Below are positions 17,846-31,570 of a stretch of DNA of 64,000 nt, one piece after another; the stretch's first letter is position 1, and each line of letters starts with the position of its first letter. The notes beneath the pieces are model-generated. The model was given only the letters and a program-made list of their open reading frames with translations, was not told the origin of the DNA and made no database searches. This DNA is from the human T2T-CHM13v2.0 reference genome, Homo sapiens. The stretch covers positions 23,264,001 through 23,328,000 of the forward strand of contig CP068257.2 in assembly GCA_009914755.4 (NCBI GenBank). The letters are read 5' to 3'. Both the position numbers and the translations under genes were made by a program.

Positions 17846-20303
17846 TGCCTTTATTTTAATTGAATTTGAAATACTTTCTATTTTTTTGACACATGGATTA
17901 TTGTGTTATTTATGTACAAATATGTGGATATCTCCTAGAGAATTTTTTATGAATTTCTAATTTAAATCTATTGTGGTTATATTGCAGGACATATATTGTA
18001 TGATTTCAATGCATTTAGATACATTGAGAGTTATTTTATGGCCTGCTCACTTGATTTGATTCTGTTTTCTCTCTGAGTTTCATGTAAGACAGTTTTTCTT
18101 GCTATAAACCTTTGAACCTCTCTTTTTAGGTCCACAAACCTTTCATTTTGCAGTGTATAATTTGCTGTAATACCACCGAGGATATTTTTCACTTACCCAA
18201 TTGCTTTTATCACTACAAGTTCTGAGTCTGTTTAATGGCATCTATGTGTCTTTGAACATATGAGGTAGAGTTGTATTTGTTTCCATATGCTTGTCCGTTA
18301 ATTCTAAAACCTCTGTCCGTTCTGCATTCATTTTGATTGATTGATTTGTCTCTATTAGTAGTCATATTTCCCTGCCTCTTTATATGTCTGATGATTTTTA
18401 TTAGATTTCAGTTACTGTGAATTTTATCTGGGTAATTGATATTTTTATATTTTATAAATATTTTCTTCTAGGAAGTGGTCAAGTATCAGGGGAGTCATTT
18501 GATCCTTTTTGTCTTTTTGGAAGAGTTTTAGGCAGAATTGGCACAGTGCTCAGTGTAGGGCTAATTATTCTGCACTATTGAGGCAAGACCATTCTGTGAC
18601 CTCTACCCAACGCAACATGATTCATGAGGTTGTCTGGGATGCTTGGTGGAAACATCACTATTCCCAGCCCTCTTACCATTAATCCTTTAGGTGATTTTTT
18701 TCCCTAGCCTTGGATTGTTTTCTTACACTTGAGTGCTAATCAGTATTCTGCTGAGCACTTGACAGGGAAACTCTACAGGTTCCCAAATTTCTCTTTAAAC
18801 TTTGCAGTTCTATAATTACCAGTACTCAGCCCTACAAATGTTAGGTCCTCTGTTCCTCTCCGACTGTCAGTTCTGTTTTCTCAATTCAGAGAGAACTCTG
18901 GTCTCCAACTGGATTAACTTTTCTTCACCGTGGCCTCAGAACTGTCATAAAGCAGTAACCATGGACAACCATAACGCTCCCCTCATTTGCTTCCCATTTC
19001 TGAAGAATCACTACTCTTTGTTGCTAAATTTTTAGTGCCTTAAAAATTATTGTTTTATATTATTTTAGTTTTTTGTTGTTGTTATTTTAGTCAGGAGGGT
19101 AAATCAAGTCCTCTTTTCTTCATCCTGACTGAAAGCAAAGTCTCTGATAGTAGTATTATCAAATACATTAAATTTTGAAATAATTTTGTATACTTTATTA
19201 AAACTTTGAGATTTAATCACTTTGAGATTATTACAATGTAATATATATGCCCTAAGAACTGTGGGGAAACTTCAAGTAATTTAATATAGACAATTCTGTT
19301 ATCTGAAAATTCTGAAACCAAACATTTAAGTGAGAAGCAAGAAGAAAACTCAATACAGCACAAAGTAGAGTATAATAAGTTTTGTTTTGTTCTTCACTTT
19401 AGCTTTTTGGATATACGTGCTCTAAAATAAAGTGTTTTGTTTTTCTATTCCAATTTTAGTATAATGCTTAATGCCTGAGAAAAAACTGGATAGATTACAA
19501 GCAAAATAGAACCTTAGCTTGGAGAAGGAAATCTTGATAAACACTTTTATTATTTTTATTTTTCTGAGACAAACATCTTAACTCTTCTTTAAAAATTGGT
19601 TAGTGGTACTTAACTGATGAAGAGGGCTCTCAAAATAGAGGAAAACAGTTATCCTACCACTGTGAACATTTTTCTTTCATACAGTGCAATGTAACTTTTT
19701 TCACTCTTTTTAAAAATTAAAATAAAATTCAAAGTCATTACCATTAGTTAGAACCACGGGAAATAGCCTCCCAGTCAGACAGATGGCTCAACAAGCTTCT
19801 TAATGATGGTATTTTCCATTCTGGATTTCTCCACATAGAGACCAAAAAGGAAAACAAAGCAAAAACCCCAGGATATCTGATTCAAAATTGGAATAGAAAA
19901 TTTCAATAAAGAATAAGAAACATTGGCATGTATTTCAGAATGCACTTTAGAATCATTTCTTGCCTGCCCGTTTCCACCTTATTTCAGGTCTTCATTACTT
20001 TTCATATGAATTCTGTACTAGCCTTCTAGGTATTCCCAATTCCTGACATTCACAGCTCCAAATTGTTTTTCAAACTTCTGATAGCATAAGTTTCACATGG
20101 CCCAATTTCCATAACTTTCAAGTCCCTGTGTATAAGCATTCAAGGTGGATTGATTTAATTGTCACAGCTAATCAAAATTTAATGCCTGTTTTTAAGAAAC
20201 TTGTCTTCAACTTTCATCTAAACTTGTTTGTTCTTTATCTCCAAAATAAGCCACTAGTCTACTCATGTCGGACTTAATCTAACAGCCCTATTAATTACCC
20301 CAC

Positions 20304-22728
20304 TGATATGGCTTGGATCTGTGCCTGTACAAATTGCAATTCCAATTATAATACCCAGTGTTGGAGGAGGGGCCTGTTGGGAGGTGGTTGTATTGTATGG
20401 GGCAGATTTCCCACTTGGTGCTTTTCTCATGATCCAGTGAGTTATCATGAGATCTCGTTGTTTCAAAGTGTGTAGCACCTCCCCCACCCCTCTCTCTTGC
20501 TCCTACTCTGGCAAGTAAAATGTCCCTGCTTCCCCTTCACCTTCTGCCATGATTGTAAGTTTCCTGAGGCCTCCCCAGAAGTCAAGCAGATGCCAGCGTC
20601 ATGCATCTTGTCCAGCCTGCCAAACTGTGAGCCAATTAAACCTCTTTTCTTTATAAATTACCTGGTCTCAGGTATTTCTTTATAGCAATGAGAGAACAAT
20701 TCAATACAAAAAATTGGTATCAGGGGTGGAGTATTTCTATAAAGATACCTGAAAACATGGAAGCATCTTTGGAACTGGATAACAGGTAGAGGCTGGAAGA
20801 GTATGGAGGGCTCAGAAGAAGACAGGAAGAAGAGGGAAAATTTGGAACTTCCTAGAGAGTTGTTAAATTTTTGTGACCAAAATGCCAATAGTGATACCAA
20901 CAATGAAGTCCAGGCTGAGGACGTCTCAAATGGGAATGAGGAACTTATTGGGAACTGGAGCAAAGGACACATTTGTTACACCTTGGCAAAGACCTTGGTT
21001 GGATTGTTCCCCTGCCCTAGGGATCTGTGGAACTTTGACCTTGAGAGTGATGATTTAGGGTAACTGGCAGAAGAAATTTCTAACCATCGAAGTGTTCAAG
21101 TTGTGACCTGGCTATGTCTAACAACTTATGCTAACATGAGTGAGCAAAAAAATGACCTGAAACTGGAACTTATATTTAAAAAAGAAGCAAAGCATACAAA
21201 TTTGGAAAATTTACAGCCCAATAGAAAAGAAAAGTCTGTTTTCAGGGGAAGAGTTCAAGCTTGCTTCAGAAATTTGGATAAGTAAAAAGGAGCCAAGTGC
21301 TAATATCCAGGACAAAGGGGAAAAGGCCTTGAAGACATTTTAGGGACCTTCAGGGCAGCCCCTCCCATCACAGGCCTGAAGATTTAGAATGAAAGAATGG
21401 TTTGGGGTGCCAGGTCCAGTGCCCCACTGCCCTGAGCAGCATAAGGACATCACTCTCTGTGTGCCCACTGCTCTAGTCTCAGCTGTGGCTCAAAGGGACC
21501 CAGGCACAGCTTGGACCACTGCAAACCATAAATCTTGATGGCTTCCATGTGGTGTTAAGCCTGCAAGTGCACAAAATTTAAGAGTTGAGGCTTGGGAGCT
21601 TCTGCCTCAATTTCAGATGATGTATGGAAAAGCCTGGATGTCTAGACAGAAGCCTGCTGCATGGGCAGAGCCCTCATGGGGAACCTCTATGAGGGCACTG
21701 TGGAGGGGAAATGTGGGGTTGGATCCCCCACATAGAGTCCCCACTGGAGCACTGCCTGGTGGTGCAGTGAGAAGAGACCCATCATCCTCCAGACCCCAGA
21801 ATTGTAGACCCACTGGCAGTTTGCACCCTGCACCTGGGAGAGCCACAGGCATTCAACAACAGCCCATGACAGTAAACATGAGGGCTGAACCCTGAAAAGC
21901 CATAAAGGTGGAGCTTCCCAAGGCCTTGGGAGCTCACCTCTGGCCCCTGTGTGTCCTGGATGGAGACATGGAGTCAAAGGAGATTATTTTGAAGCTTTAC
22001 GGATTAATAACTGCCCTGCTGGGTTTCAGACTTGCATGGGGCCTGTATCCCTTTTGATTTGGCCAATTTCTTCCTTTTGGAACAAGAGTATTTGCCTAAT
22101 GCCTATAGCCCCATTTTATCTTGGGAGTAACTAACTTTTTTTTTATTTTTTTTATTTTACAGGCTCATAGGCCAACGGGGCTAGCCTTGTCTTAGATGAG
22201 ACTTTGGACTTTGGTCTTTTGAGTTAGTGCTAGAATGAGTTAAGATTTTGGGGGACTGTTGGGAGGGTATGACTGCATATTGCAAAGTGAGAAAGACATG
22301 AGATTTGGGAAGGACAATGGATGGAATGATATGGTTTGGATCTGTGTCCCTGCTCAAATCTCAGTCAAATTATAATCACCAATTTCAGAGGTGGGGCCTG
22401 GTGGTAGGTGGTTTGATCATGGGGGCATACTTCCCCCTTGGTGCTGTTCTCATGATATGGGTGAGTTGTGAGATCTGGTTGTTTAAAAGTGTATAGTACC
22501 TCCCCTGTCTCTCTGTTGCTCCTGCTCTGGTTATGTAAGATGTGCCTGCTTCCTCTTCACCTTCTGACATGATTGTAAGTTTCCTGAGGCCTCCCCAGAA
22601 GCCAAGCAGATGTCAGCATTATGCATCCTGTACAGCCTGTGAAGCCATGAGCCAATTAAAACTCTTTTCTTTATAAATTACCTAGTCTCAGGTGCTTATT
22701 TATAGCAATGCAAGAATGACCCAATACA
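20304..22728 (+). mobile_element. Full-length ERVL-MaLR element: MSTA-like 5' LTR (20304-20708), MST internal region (20709-22327), MSTA-like 3' LTR (22328-22728)
   Basis: Both LTRs begin tgatatgg(c/t)ttggatctgtg... and end ...gagccaattaaa(c)ctcttttctttataaattacct(g/a)gtctcaggt...atagcaatg.aagaa...caatacag. The internal region matches THE1/MST-int (taaattggtatcaggggtggagt...ctgaaaacatggaag...ggaacttcctagagagttgttaaatttttgtgaccaaaatgccaatagtgataccaacaatgaagtccaggctgagg...gatttgggaaggacaatggatggaatga). Flanks are cccac and gccac, a 5-bp TSD with 4/5 match. Confidence 0.85.
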
Positions 22729-25700
22729 GCCACTAACAGATTTGCTCATTCTGTATTCTAGCCGTGCATGCCCTGCTCCTTCTATAAAATCTGAGCCACC
22801 TCTCACATCCCACTTTCTGTGGTATTCACTTACCAAACACAAACCAGTGAATCTATCTCTCTTCCAAACAGGCATTCATTTTCTTCTGTTGTTATTTAAT
22901 CATCATCCATAGTATTCCTTACAATAACTGTCCATCACATTTTTCAGCCTATAGGTATAGCGTGCATTTCCCAAACTCCCATCCTCCCATTCCCACTCCA
23001 TTTCAGCAGTTAAGTAGGATTCAACTTCTCACATTCTACTTTAGGGAGAATAGAAGGCATATCCTTTATTTTCCTGTAATTAAACATATCCAGGATCCTT
23101 TGCTACCCTTCTCCCCTCCTATTACTATAGCAGAATTATTCTTCCTGTTACCTAAAGCCAATTACTCCACCTGTGATTGGTTCTCATCCACTCCTATCTT
23201 CTAAGCTATCAATGATCTCTTTTCCCTTTTGATATTTACCTTCTCCTCGGGTGAGTTCCTCTTACTGTCTTAAAATAAAATTTCTCCCATTGTGCTACAT
23301 TTCTGCCTCTCACAGTCCCTTTCTCTATCTACCCTTCTGATCTTCAGACCAGCATATTCAATAAGCTTTTTCCACTCATGTATTTAGATAACTCCAAGTC
23401 ATTTGAAGCTCAGTATGCCCAAAATAAAATTTACAATTTCATACATTCCATCCCACTAAAAAAAAATAATAAAACCCCACAGCTTGTCTATTTCCAGGGT
23501 TTTCTGTCTCAGTAACTATCACCATCAGCAAGCCAGACACTTAGACATCATAATTTATTTTATCTTCTCCCTTTCATTCCATGTAGAGTCCATCAAAAGA
23601 TCTGATCAATTGTGTATCCTAAATACCAATGACATTCACCCCCTTCTCTCCATCTCCACTTCTACCATTTCAGAAAAGCTGCCTTTATTCATGACTCTAA
23701 ACATTTTAATCTGCATTTTCTGTCTACAGCATCCAGCCAAGATCCTGCTAAAGTGTCCAATGACATCTCTATCGCTAAACCAAGGGAAATTTTTGTCTTT
23801 ATCTTGCTTGACCTCTCAGCAAAATTCAGTACTGTTCATGATCCTGTCCTTCTAGAAACACTGTTGATCCTTGTCTTCCATGAAAACTTCTAAATTTTTG
23901 CCTATTTTAGCCTCTCTTTTTCAGTTCTCTTTTTTGACTTTTCAATTTTAACTGGACCATTAAAACTGAAGTTTCATAAGAAGTCTCTCTCTCTCTTTCT
24001 CTCTCTCGATCTTCTCTATTTCTACCATTTCTCATTAGATGATCTTATTCATGACATGACTTCAAAGAATATTTACATACACTACTCCATTATCTTAGCT
24101 CATTAACATCTCCCCTCCTGAAGAAAAGCCTTCTCAATCTTATAGTTAATGTTAATTCCCCTATTAATTACTTTCACACCTTGTATGTTCCTTTATAGTG
24201 CTTACTGTTTTCAATTATAAACTTATTTACATGATTATTCTATTATTATTTTTTACACCATTACACTATTTGTTACATGAGATATAGTTTCACATTTTTA
24301 ACGTTCATTTTATTTTTTATTTCTATGCAAAGGTCTTAGAACTATACTTTAAATATAACAAAATCAGAAACTAAAATATTTCCAAATTAGAAAACATTGA
24401 ATGTTCAAATACATAATATTCAATGTACTATATTGGTTATGATTGATAGTCAAGAAACTCTTTACATTTCTAATGTCTATAAAAATTAAGCAAATTTACC
24501 TCATAATACGTAGTGTGAAAATAAAATATCTTGGGTGCCCAGAATCACTAAGGAAAACTCAAGCTGGAAAGTGCTTAGGGCAAACCTGCCTCCCATTCTA
24601 TTCAAAGTTATCCCTCTGCTCACTGCAATAGATGCCTATGTGATTGCCTCCTTTGGAAAGGCTAGTTAGAAAGTCAAAAGAATGGAACTCTTTGTGTCTC
24701 ACCTATCTGTGACCTGGAAGCTCCCTCTCCATTTCAAATCTTCCTGCCTTTGCTTCAAGTTGTCCCGCCTTTTCAGACCAAACCAATGTACTTCTTACAT
24801 ATGTTGATGAATGTCTCATGTCTCCCTAAAATGTATAAAATTCATAACCTCGACGATCAGCAAGCTATCCAAAAAATAGGAGGACTATTCCAGACTTTAC
24901 CCCTCACTTCCTCCTCCCTTATTATTGGCAGCCTAGTTGTGTTGCGGGCGCATTCTCAACCTTGGCAAAATAAACTTTCTGAATTAACTGAGACCTGTCT
25001 CAGATTTTCTGGGTTCCCAATAGTATTGCTTGCAAAGCAATTACAAAGATGACAGCCTTGATGTGATATATTATTTCCTGTTTTACAGTGTAAATGTTGT
25101 AAGCTGTGACATAGTAAATATGTTTCAGTTATAAGGATCAATACACATTCTCTCACAAGTTAATAAGTAGATGTAATCTGGTGAAAAATTAAGAAATAAA
25201 TGTTTAATTGCATTAAAATGATGGTTTTCCCAAAAAATGATGAGCTAACCCACTTCTGTGCCAGCATAAATTAAATCATAATACTACAATTCTTTTTCCT
25301 TTTTCTCTGCACAATACAATTATTGTGCTCATTGAGCTCTGAGAGCAATTATGGTCAATGAATTTATTTTCTCCATAATAAAGAACAAGATCATATTAGT
25401 ACTTGAGAATTCAATCGGCATAATAGGCCTTTCAGTCAATGTATTCCTTCTCAAGTTGCCTTCTATATTAAGATCTCCTTTATACTTATCACAATAGAAA
25501 AAAATATACATGGCATTTCATTTTAAAGCAACTTTCATCTGCAAAGTCATCTGCTATGAAAATCCTATTGAAACAACACAGTAAGTATCATGTATGTGTC
25601 CTTCTTACTCAAAGGTATATGTAAATGTCTATTTGGAGAAAAAAGTTTGCTTTGAAAGATCGCTTTCCAAAGAGAGCATGTTTTGTCCTTAAAATACTGC

Positions 25701-26104
25701 ACTTTTAACAAATTGATAGAATCAGTCACATCCTATCACATCATAGTAGTATAATTTTCTCCCCTTCCCTTCCCTCATTTATGGATCATCTCAGAATTTT
25801 GCATTCTATTCCCCTCTTTCTATCTTTAGAAAAACAATAATACTTGCTTCATTATTAGAACAAAATTAATTTTAGTTGTCAATTTGTGAAAACTAAATGC
25901 TGTGGAAGAAAACCAAAAGAACTGAGAGTAGAATAGCAAGCAAGAGGCAGTTTGTTCTCAACCACCTATTAGCTAAAGTGTCTTTAATCCCTCAGAACTG
26001 TAGTTTGCCTGCATAGAAAGGAATGTTTTATATATGTTATATATGTATAACATGTCTAATTTCATTAGTAAAGATAGAGAAGTTGGTGAAGTAATTAGCT
26101 TTAA

Positions 26105-26410
<306 letters not shown>

Positions 26411-26747
26411 TAGATTTTTTTATTAACCTGCACCATAGATATGCTTTGAGCAAATCTATTCTTCTCTATTTACATTATACCAAAATGTTTTTATGTGGCC
26501 TAATATGGTCTAATATTAATCTGTGTCTTCAAATTAAATACTATCATACATGATGCCTTTTTCTACCAAAAGATCTAAATCTTAAAAATATAATAAATAT
26601 AAATTAAAAAAATAAATGGAGATGGTTTAGGACTTGTTTGGATTCAGTTTAGTTCTACCACTTACTATCTATAACCATAAACATGTTTTATGATCTCTAT
26701 TAATAACTTTACTGTTTATTGTGTTTTCTTCTATATAATAGAGCATT

Positions 26748-26833
26748 TGAAAATTTAAGAAATATTTAAAAATTTAACAAAAAATTTAACAAAATTTTAA
26801 GAAAATTTAACAAAAAAAAATTTAACAAAAAAT
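26748..26833. repeat. AT-rich minisatellite, about 14-bp unit (aaaatttaacaaaa), about 6 copies
   Basis: aaatttaagaaatatttaaaaatttaacaaaaaatttaacaaaattttaagaaaatttaacaaaaaaaaatttaacaaaaaat. Confidence 0.8.
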
Positions 26834-27796
26834 ATGGCCAATATGGTAGCTGCTGATCTGATAATTAAATTAATTCCTAAGATCAATAATTTCTATACAG
26901 TCATGTGCCACATAGCCATGTTTCAGTCAACGTTGGACTGCATATGTGACGAGGGCCCCATAAGAGTATAATGAAGCTGAAAAATTCCTATCTCCTGGTG
27001 ATATCAAAGTGCATTTTTTGTTTTCCTTATAAATTTAGTGTAGCCTGAGTGTACAGTGCTTAGAGAGTCTACAGCATGTACAGTAAAGTCCTAGGCTTTC
27101 AGGTTCACTCACTACCTATGGACTCACCCACAGCAATCTCCAGTCCTGCAGCCTCCACTTATGGGGCCTGCCTGTACAGGTGTACCAGTTTTTATCTTTT
27201 ATACCATATTTTTACTGTCCCTTTTCCATGTTTAGGTATGTTTAGACACACAAATGCTTACCATTGTGTTATGATTGCCTATAGTTTTTATTCATAATTA
27301 GTTAATTATTAATTTTTTAATAGCATAGTAGCATGCTGTACAGGTTTGAAGACTAGAAGCAATAGGCTATTCCACATAGCCCAGGTGTGTAGTAGGTTAT
27401 ACCACCTAAGTTTGTGTAAGTACGTCCTATGGTGTTTGCACAATGATCAAATGACCTAATGACACACTTCTCCTCATGTAGCCCTGTCATTGTGATGTAT
27501 GGGTATTTTAATTGAATGATAAAACAAGAGGATACCTCCTTAACAACAGGAAATAAAACACATAAAGGTTATGTCAATAAATTATGCCAGACAAAAATGA
27601 TAAAGTAACATCATTAGGTAAAAATGTTAAATAATCAAAAAGAGGTGTTTTAGTTTTTTGTTTAGTTTAACAAGTATTTATTAACAATGTAATATATAGC
27701 TAGCTTCATACTATGCTACCAGGAGTGTAGAATAAGAAGATGGTAAACTCTTACCTCTGTTAATTATTGAGTTAGAAATGCAATACCTGAGCATCA

Positions 27797-28165
<369 letters not shown>

Positions 28166-28515
28166 TCAGTAAACCTGTGCTCTGGATAGTCATTAGAATG
28201 AAAAATATTTGTTACAACCATCTGAGAAAGTCTCACAATAGAGTTGGGATTTATATAAACCTTAAGAAGTGATTGGCTTAGAAAAAGAAAAGAATACCCA
28301 TCACCAGCAGAACATACAAACAGAAAACCACAAGAAAATATAGAGATGAGAAAATGCATACTGTTTATTGAGTGACAGACCAAAATACACTGTTGTCTAA
28401 AAGAAAACAGGCTTTCAAAAGTAGTGAAAAGATTAGGTTGAACTACTGTGAAATGTCACATGTACTGTTAATATGTTTTTGAACTTTATCTGAAAGGTAA
28501 TGTGAATATTTTTGA

Positions 28516-28812
<297 letters not shown>

Positions 28813-30519
28813 CCCAAAGGCATTTCTATTTTTGTGTTTCACAGTAAGTTTAAGTTAAAAATGTACTAAACACAATAAACTCTATTTTTAGATTGGATAT
28901 TATGCTGAAACTTTGTTTTCCTTAGATTCATTGTATAATCAAAAGATAAGGAAAATGACAAAAAATCTTGGCATTCCCATGAGATTGCTTTTTATCAGCT
29001 GACCATCTGAAGACAGCTGGGACAATAGCTGGCAGTGGATCACCTCTACTTCTGCCTGGCTAAAAATAAATGGTCAGTGAAAATTGCCTAAAACTCTATC
29101 ATAAAGATTTGCTCATTTTCCTAGGCATATTCCTATTACTCTACACTCAGTGCATACTGTTTACTTTTGTGAGTCTTGCTATATTATTATTAAAGTCTAT
29201 GGTGATATATGTTGGCTCATTTAGTTTAGTATCTTAAAGATCAATGTATCTAACTCAGTAATTTTCCCAGTAGCACAGGTATTGACGAATGGCTTGCAAT
29301 AACACAAGGAAATTTTCCTTGAACTCTCACATATTATCATCTCTAAAGGTATTACACACTAATTAGAACCAACCTTCCTTGTTATTTTGTTAACTGGAGA
29401 TCAATTTGCTAATCACTAAATAACAGAAAAGCATGACAGGGATAATACATATTGCCTCTGCCTTATAATCTCCAGACTTGGCTGATGTCTTGGAGCCTGT
29501 CAGGACTTCTGGATTTAGAGCACAGGCTAATGCAGTAGCCTTCATCAACAGGCAGGAGACTTGCCTACTGGAGAAGCATAAAGATGAGCATCTCACACTA
29601 CCACAGACAGGACCTTCTTGAGAAGCAGCACCATGCTCTGGGCTTGCTTTGAATGTTTCTTTCCCATGAGATATGTGTGTACAGCTGGTGCTGGGACTCA
29701 CGAGTCTCTCGCTTTTGGTTAAGTGTCATAAAAAAAGACATATTTTTTTTCTATGCAGATTTGAGAAAGGAAAAAAAACTATATTTATGTTTACTCTAGA
29801 AGATAATTTATCTTTTCTTGGAAAAATTGTAACAATACAAAATTCCCATAGCAGTTTCAAAATGCAGAAGTTACAAAAAAGTGAAATTCCTTATAAAATA
29901 TCCATGTGAATGCCAGAGGCTAATTTTATTCTCTCTCATGGAAACAAAATCTCAAGTGAGCCTAATTTATTAGTTCATTGATGTTGTTACTATCTCAAAC
30001 TAAAAGACAAGGGGCTTTTTCTTTGCAGTAAATTCACCAATATTTTTAAATCATTGGTCAAATGCATTATCTATTTATTTCCAATATACAAGAGAAAAAT
30101 AAAAGATAAAAGTTCTGTGCATTACCAATGTACCCATATTCTATAAGTGAGAAATTGAAGCATAGAATTTATTCATTGTCTATTTAACATTAAGTAAATT
30201 TAATAAAAGCAATTTATTTCAAAAATAATTCTGACTTGGACCTATGTGGTCCATCAAATTTTTCTACTTGCTTTTCTTATGAAACATTCACAGTCTTTCT
30301 GTGTGCTGTTTGTTAAGTATATTTTAGTTTAAGTGTCCTAAAACTGATACTGTTATATTTTCAAATGTCATATTGTAGTATATCAGGAATTTTTTTTTAG
30401 AAATATATCATGGGACTAGAATTATGGAGGAAAAAAAATGGAGGTTTAAGAAAATGTCAATCCTTATAAGTTAGTATTATTAAATTAATATTAAGAATGT
30501 TAAGAAAACATGTGGTTTT

Positions 30520-30816
30520 GGCCAGGCGCAGTGGCTAAACCCCAGTACTTTAGGAGGCCAAGGTCGATGGATCACCTGAGGTCAGGGGTTCAAGACCAGC
30601 CTGGCCAACATGGTGAAACCCCAACTCTACTAAAAATATAAAAATTAGCTGGGCGTGGTGATACACGCCTGTAATCCCAGCTACTCAGGAGGCTGAGGCA
30701 GGAGAATCACTTGAACCAAGGAGTTGGAGGTTGCAGTTAGCCGAGATTGCACCACTGCACTACAGCCTGGTGACACAGCAAGACTTCATCTCAAAAAAAA
30801 AAAAAAAAAAAAAAAA
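30520..30816 (+). mobile_element. Alu (AluS/Y-like) with A24 tail and 15-bp TSD
   Basis: ggccaggcgcagtggctaaaccccagtactttaggaggccaaggtcgatggatcacctgaggtcagg.... TSD gaaaacatg(t)ggtttt at 30504-30519 and 30817-30830. Confidence 0.95.
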
Positions 30817-31034
30817 GAAAACATGGTTTTAAAGGATTATGGTTGTCATAGGTGAGGAGTCTGAAAGATTGACTGCTTAGTACTTAATTGTGAGCACTAA
30901 CACTGAAAGTTAAAGGAGAGAGACAACAAAATGGGCAAACATAAAAAAAACCTCCCCTGCTGTCTCCTTTCTTAATGATTCTAGATCTTTGTTAGTAAGT
31001 GTGACTTTTTACGCAAGTGCATGGTTTATGGAGT

Positions 31035-31570
31035 ACATTAGTCAGGGTTCTCCAGAGAAACAAAACCAATAGAATATATATATAAATACATATATATATA
31101 GAGAGAAAGATTTATCATAAGGTATAATAACAACAGTCTTGCATGATTACCAAAGCTGAGAAGTCCCATGCTCTGCCCTCTGAAAGCTGGAGATGGAGGA
31201 AAGCTGGTGTTGGTATAGTTGGAAGGCCTGAGGGACAGAGAGCTGATGGCGAACATTCCACTCAAAATTTGACTGCCTGAGAAGCAGGAATGAGTGCCAA
31301 GGGCATGAGAAGATTGCTATCCCAATTCAAGCAGTCAGGCAGAGAGTGAATTTAACCTTATTTTGTCTTTTAGTCATTTTCAAGTCCTGAATGATTTGGA
31401 TGATGTAAACTTACATTTGGGCAAATGAAGGGCCATATGCTTTACTCATGCACCAATTCAAATAAATGCTCATCTCATGCTGAAATACCCTCATAGACAT
31501 AGCCAGAAATGATATTTTACCAGCCATCTAGGCATCCATTAGCCTAGGCAAGTTAACATATAAAATTTAC
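31035..31570 (-). mobile_element. ERVL-MaLR type solo LTR (same family as 4033-4460)
   Basis: Reverse-complement LTR: cattagtcagggttctccagagaaacaaaaccaatagaatatatatat...caaagctgagaagtcccatg...gaatgagtgccaagggcatgag...ctcatctcatgctgaaataccctcatagacatagccagaaatgatattttaccagccatctaggcatccattagcctaggcaagttaacatataaaatttactatcaca. Confidence 0.6.

Noticed and set aside
21613-21977. 79-96-aa ORFs on both strands in a relatively GC-rich patch.
   Set aside because: This lies inside the MST internal region (ERVL-MaLR). The sequence matches THE1/MST-int, it carries no recognisable protein domain, and it is not a cellular gene.
20480-22515. PRDM9 hotspot 13-mer (CCNCCNTNNCCNC) in the MST LTRs.
   Set aside because: The closest strings (cctcccccacccc at about 20480 and cctcccctgtctc at about 22500) lack the required T at position 7. 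No exact motif was found by eye.
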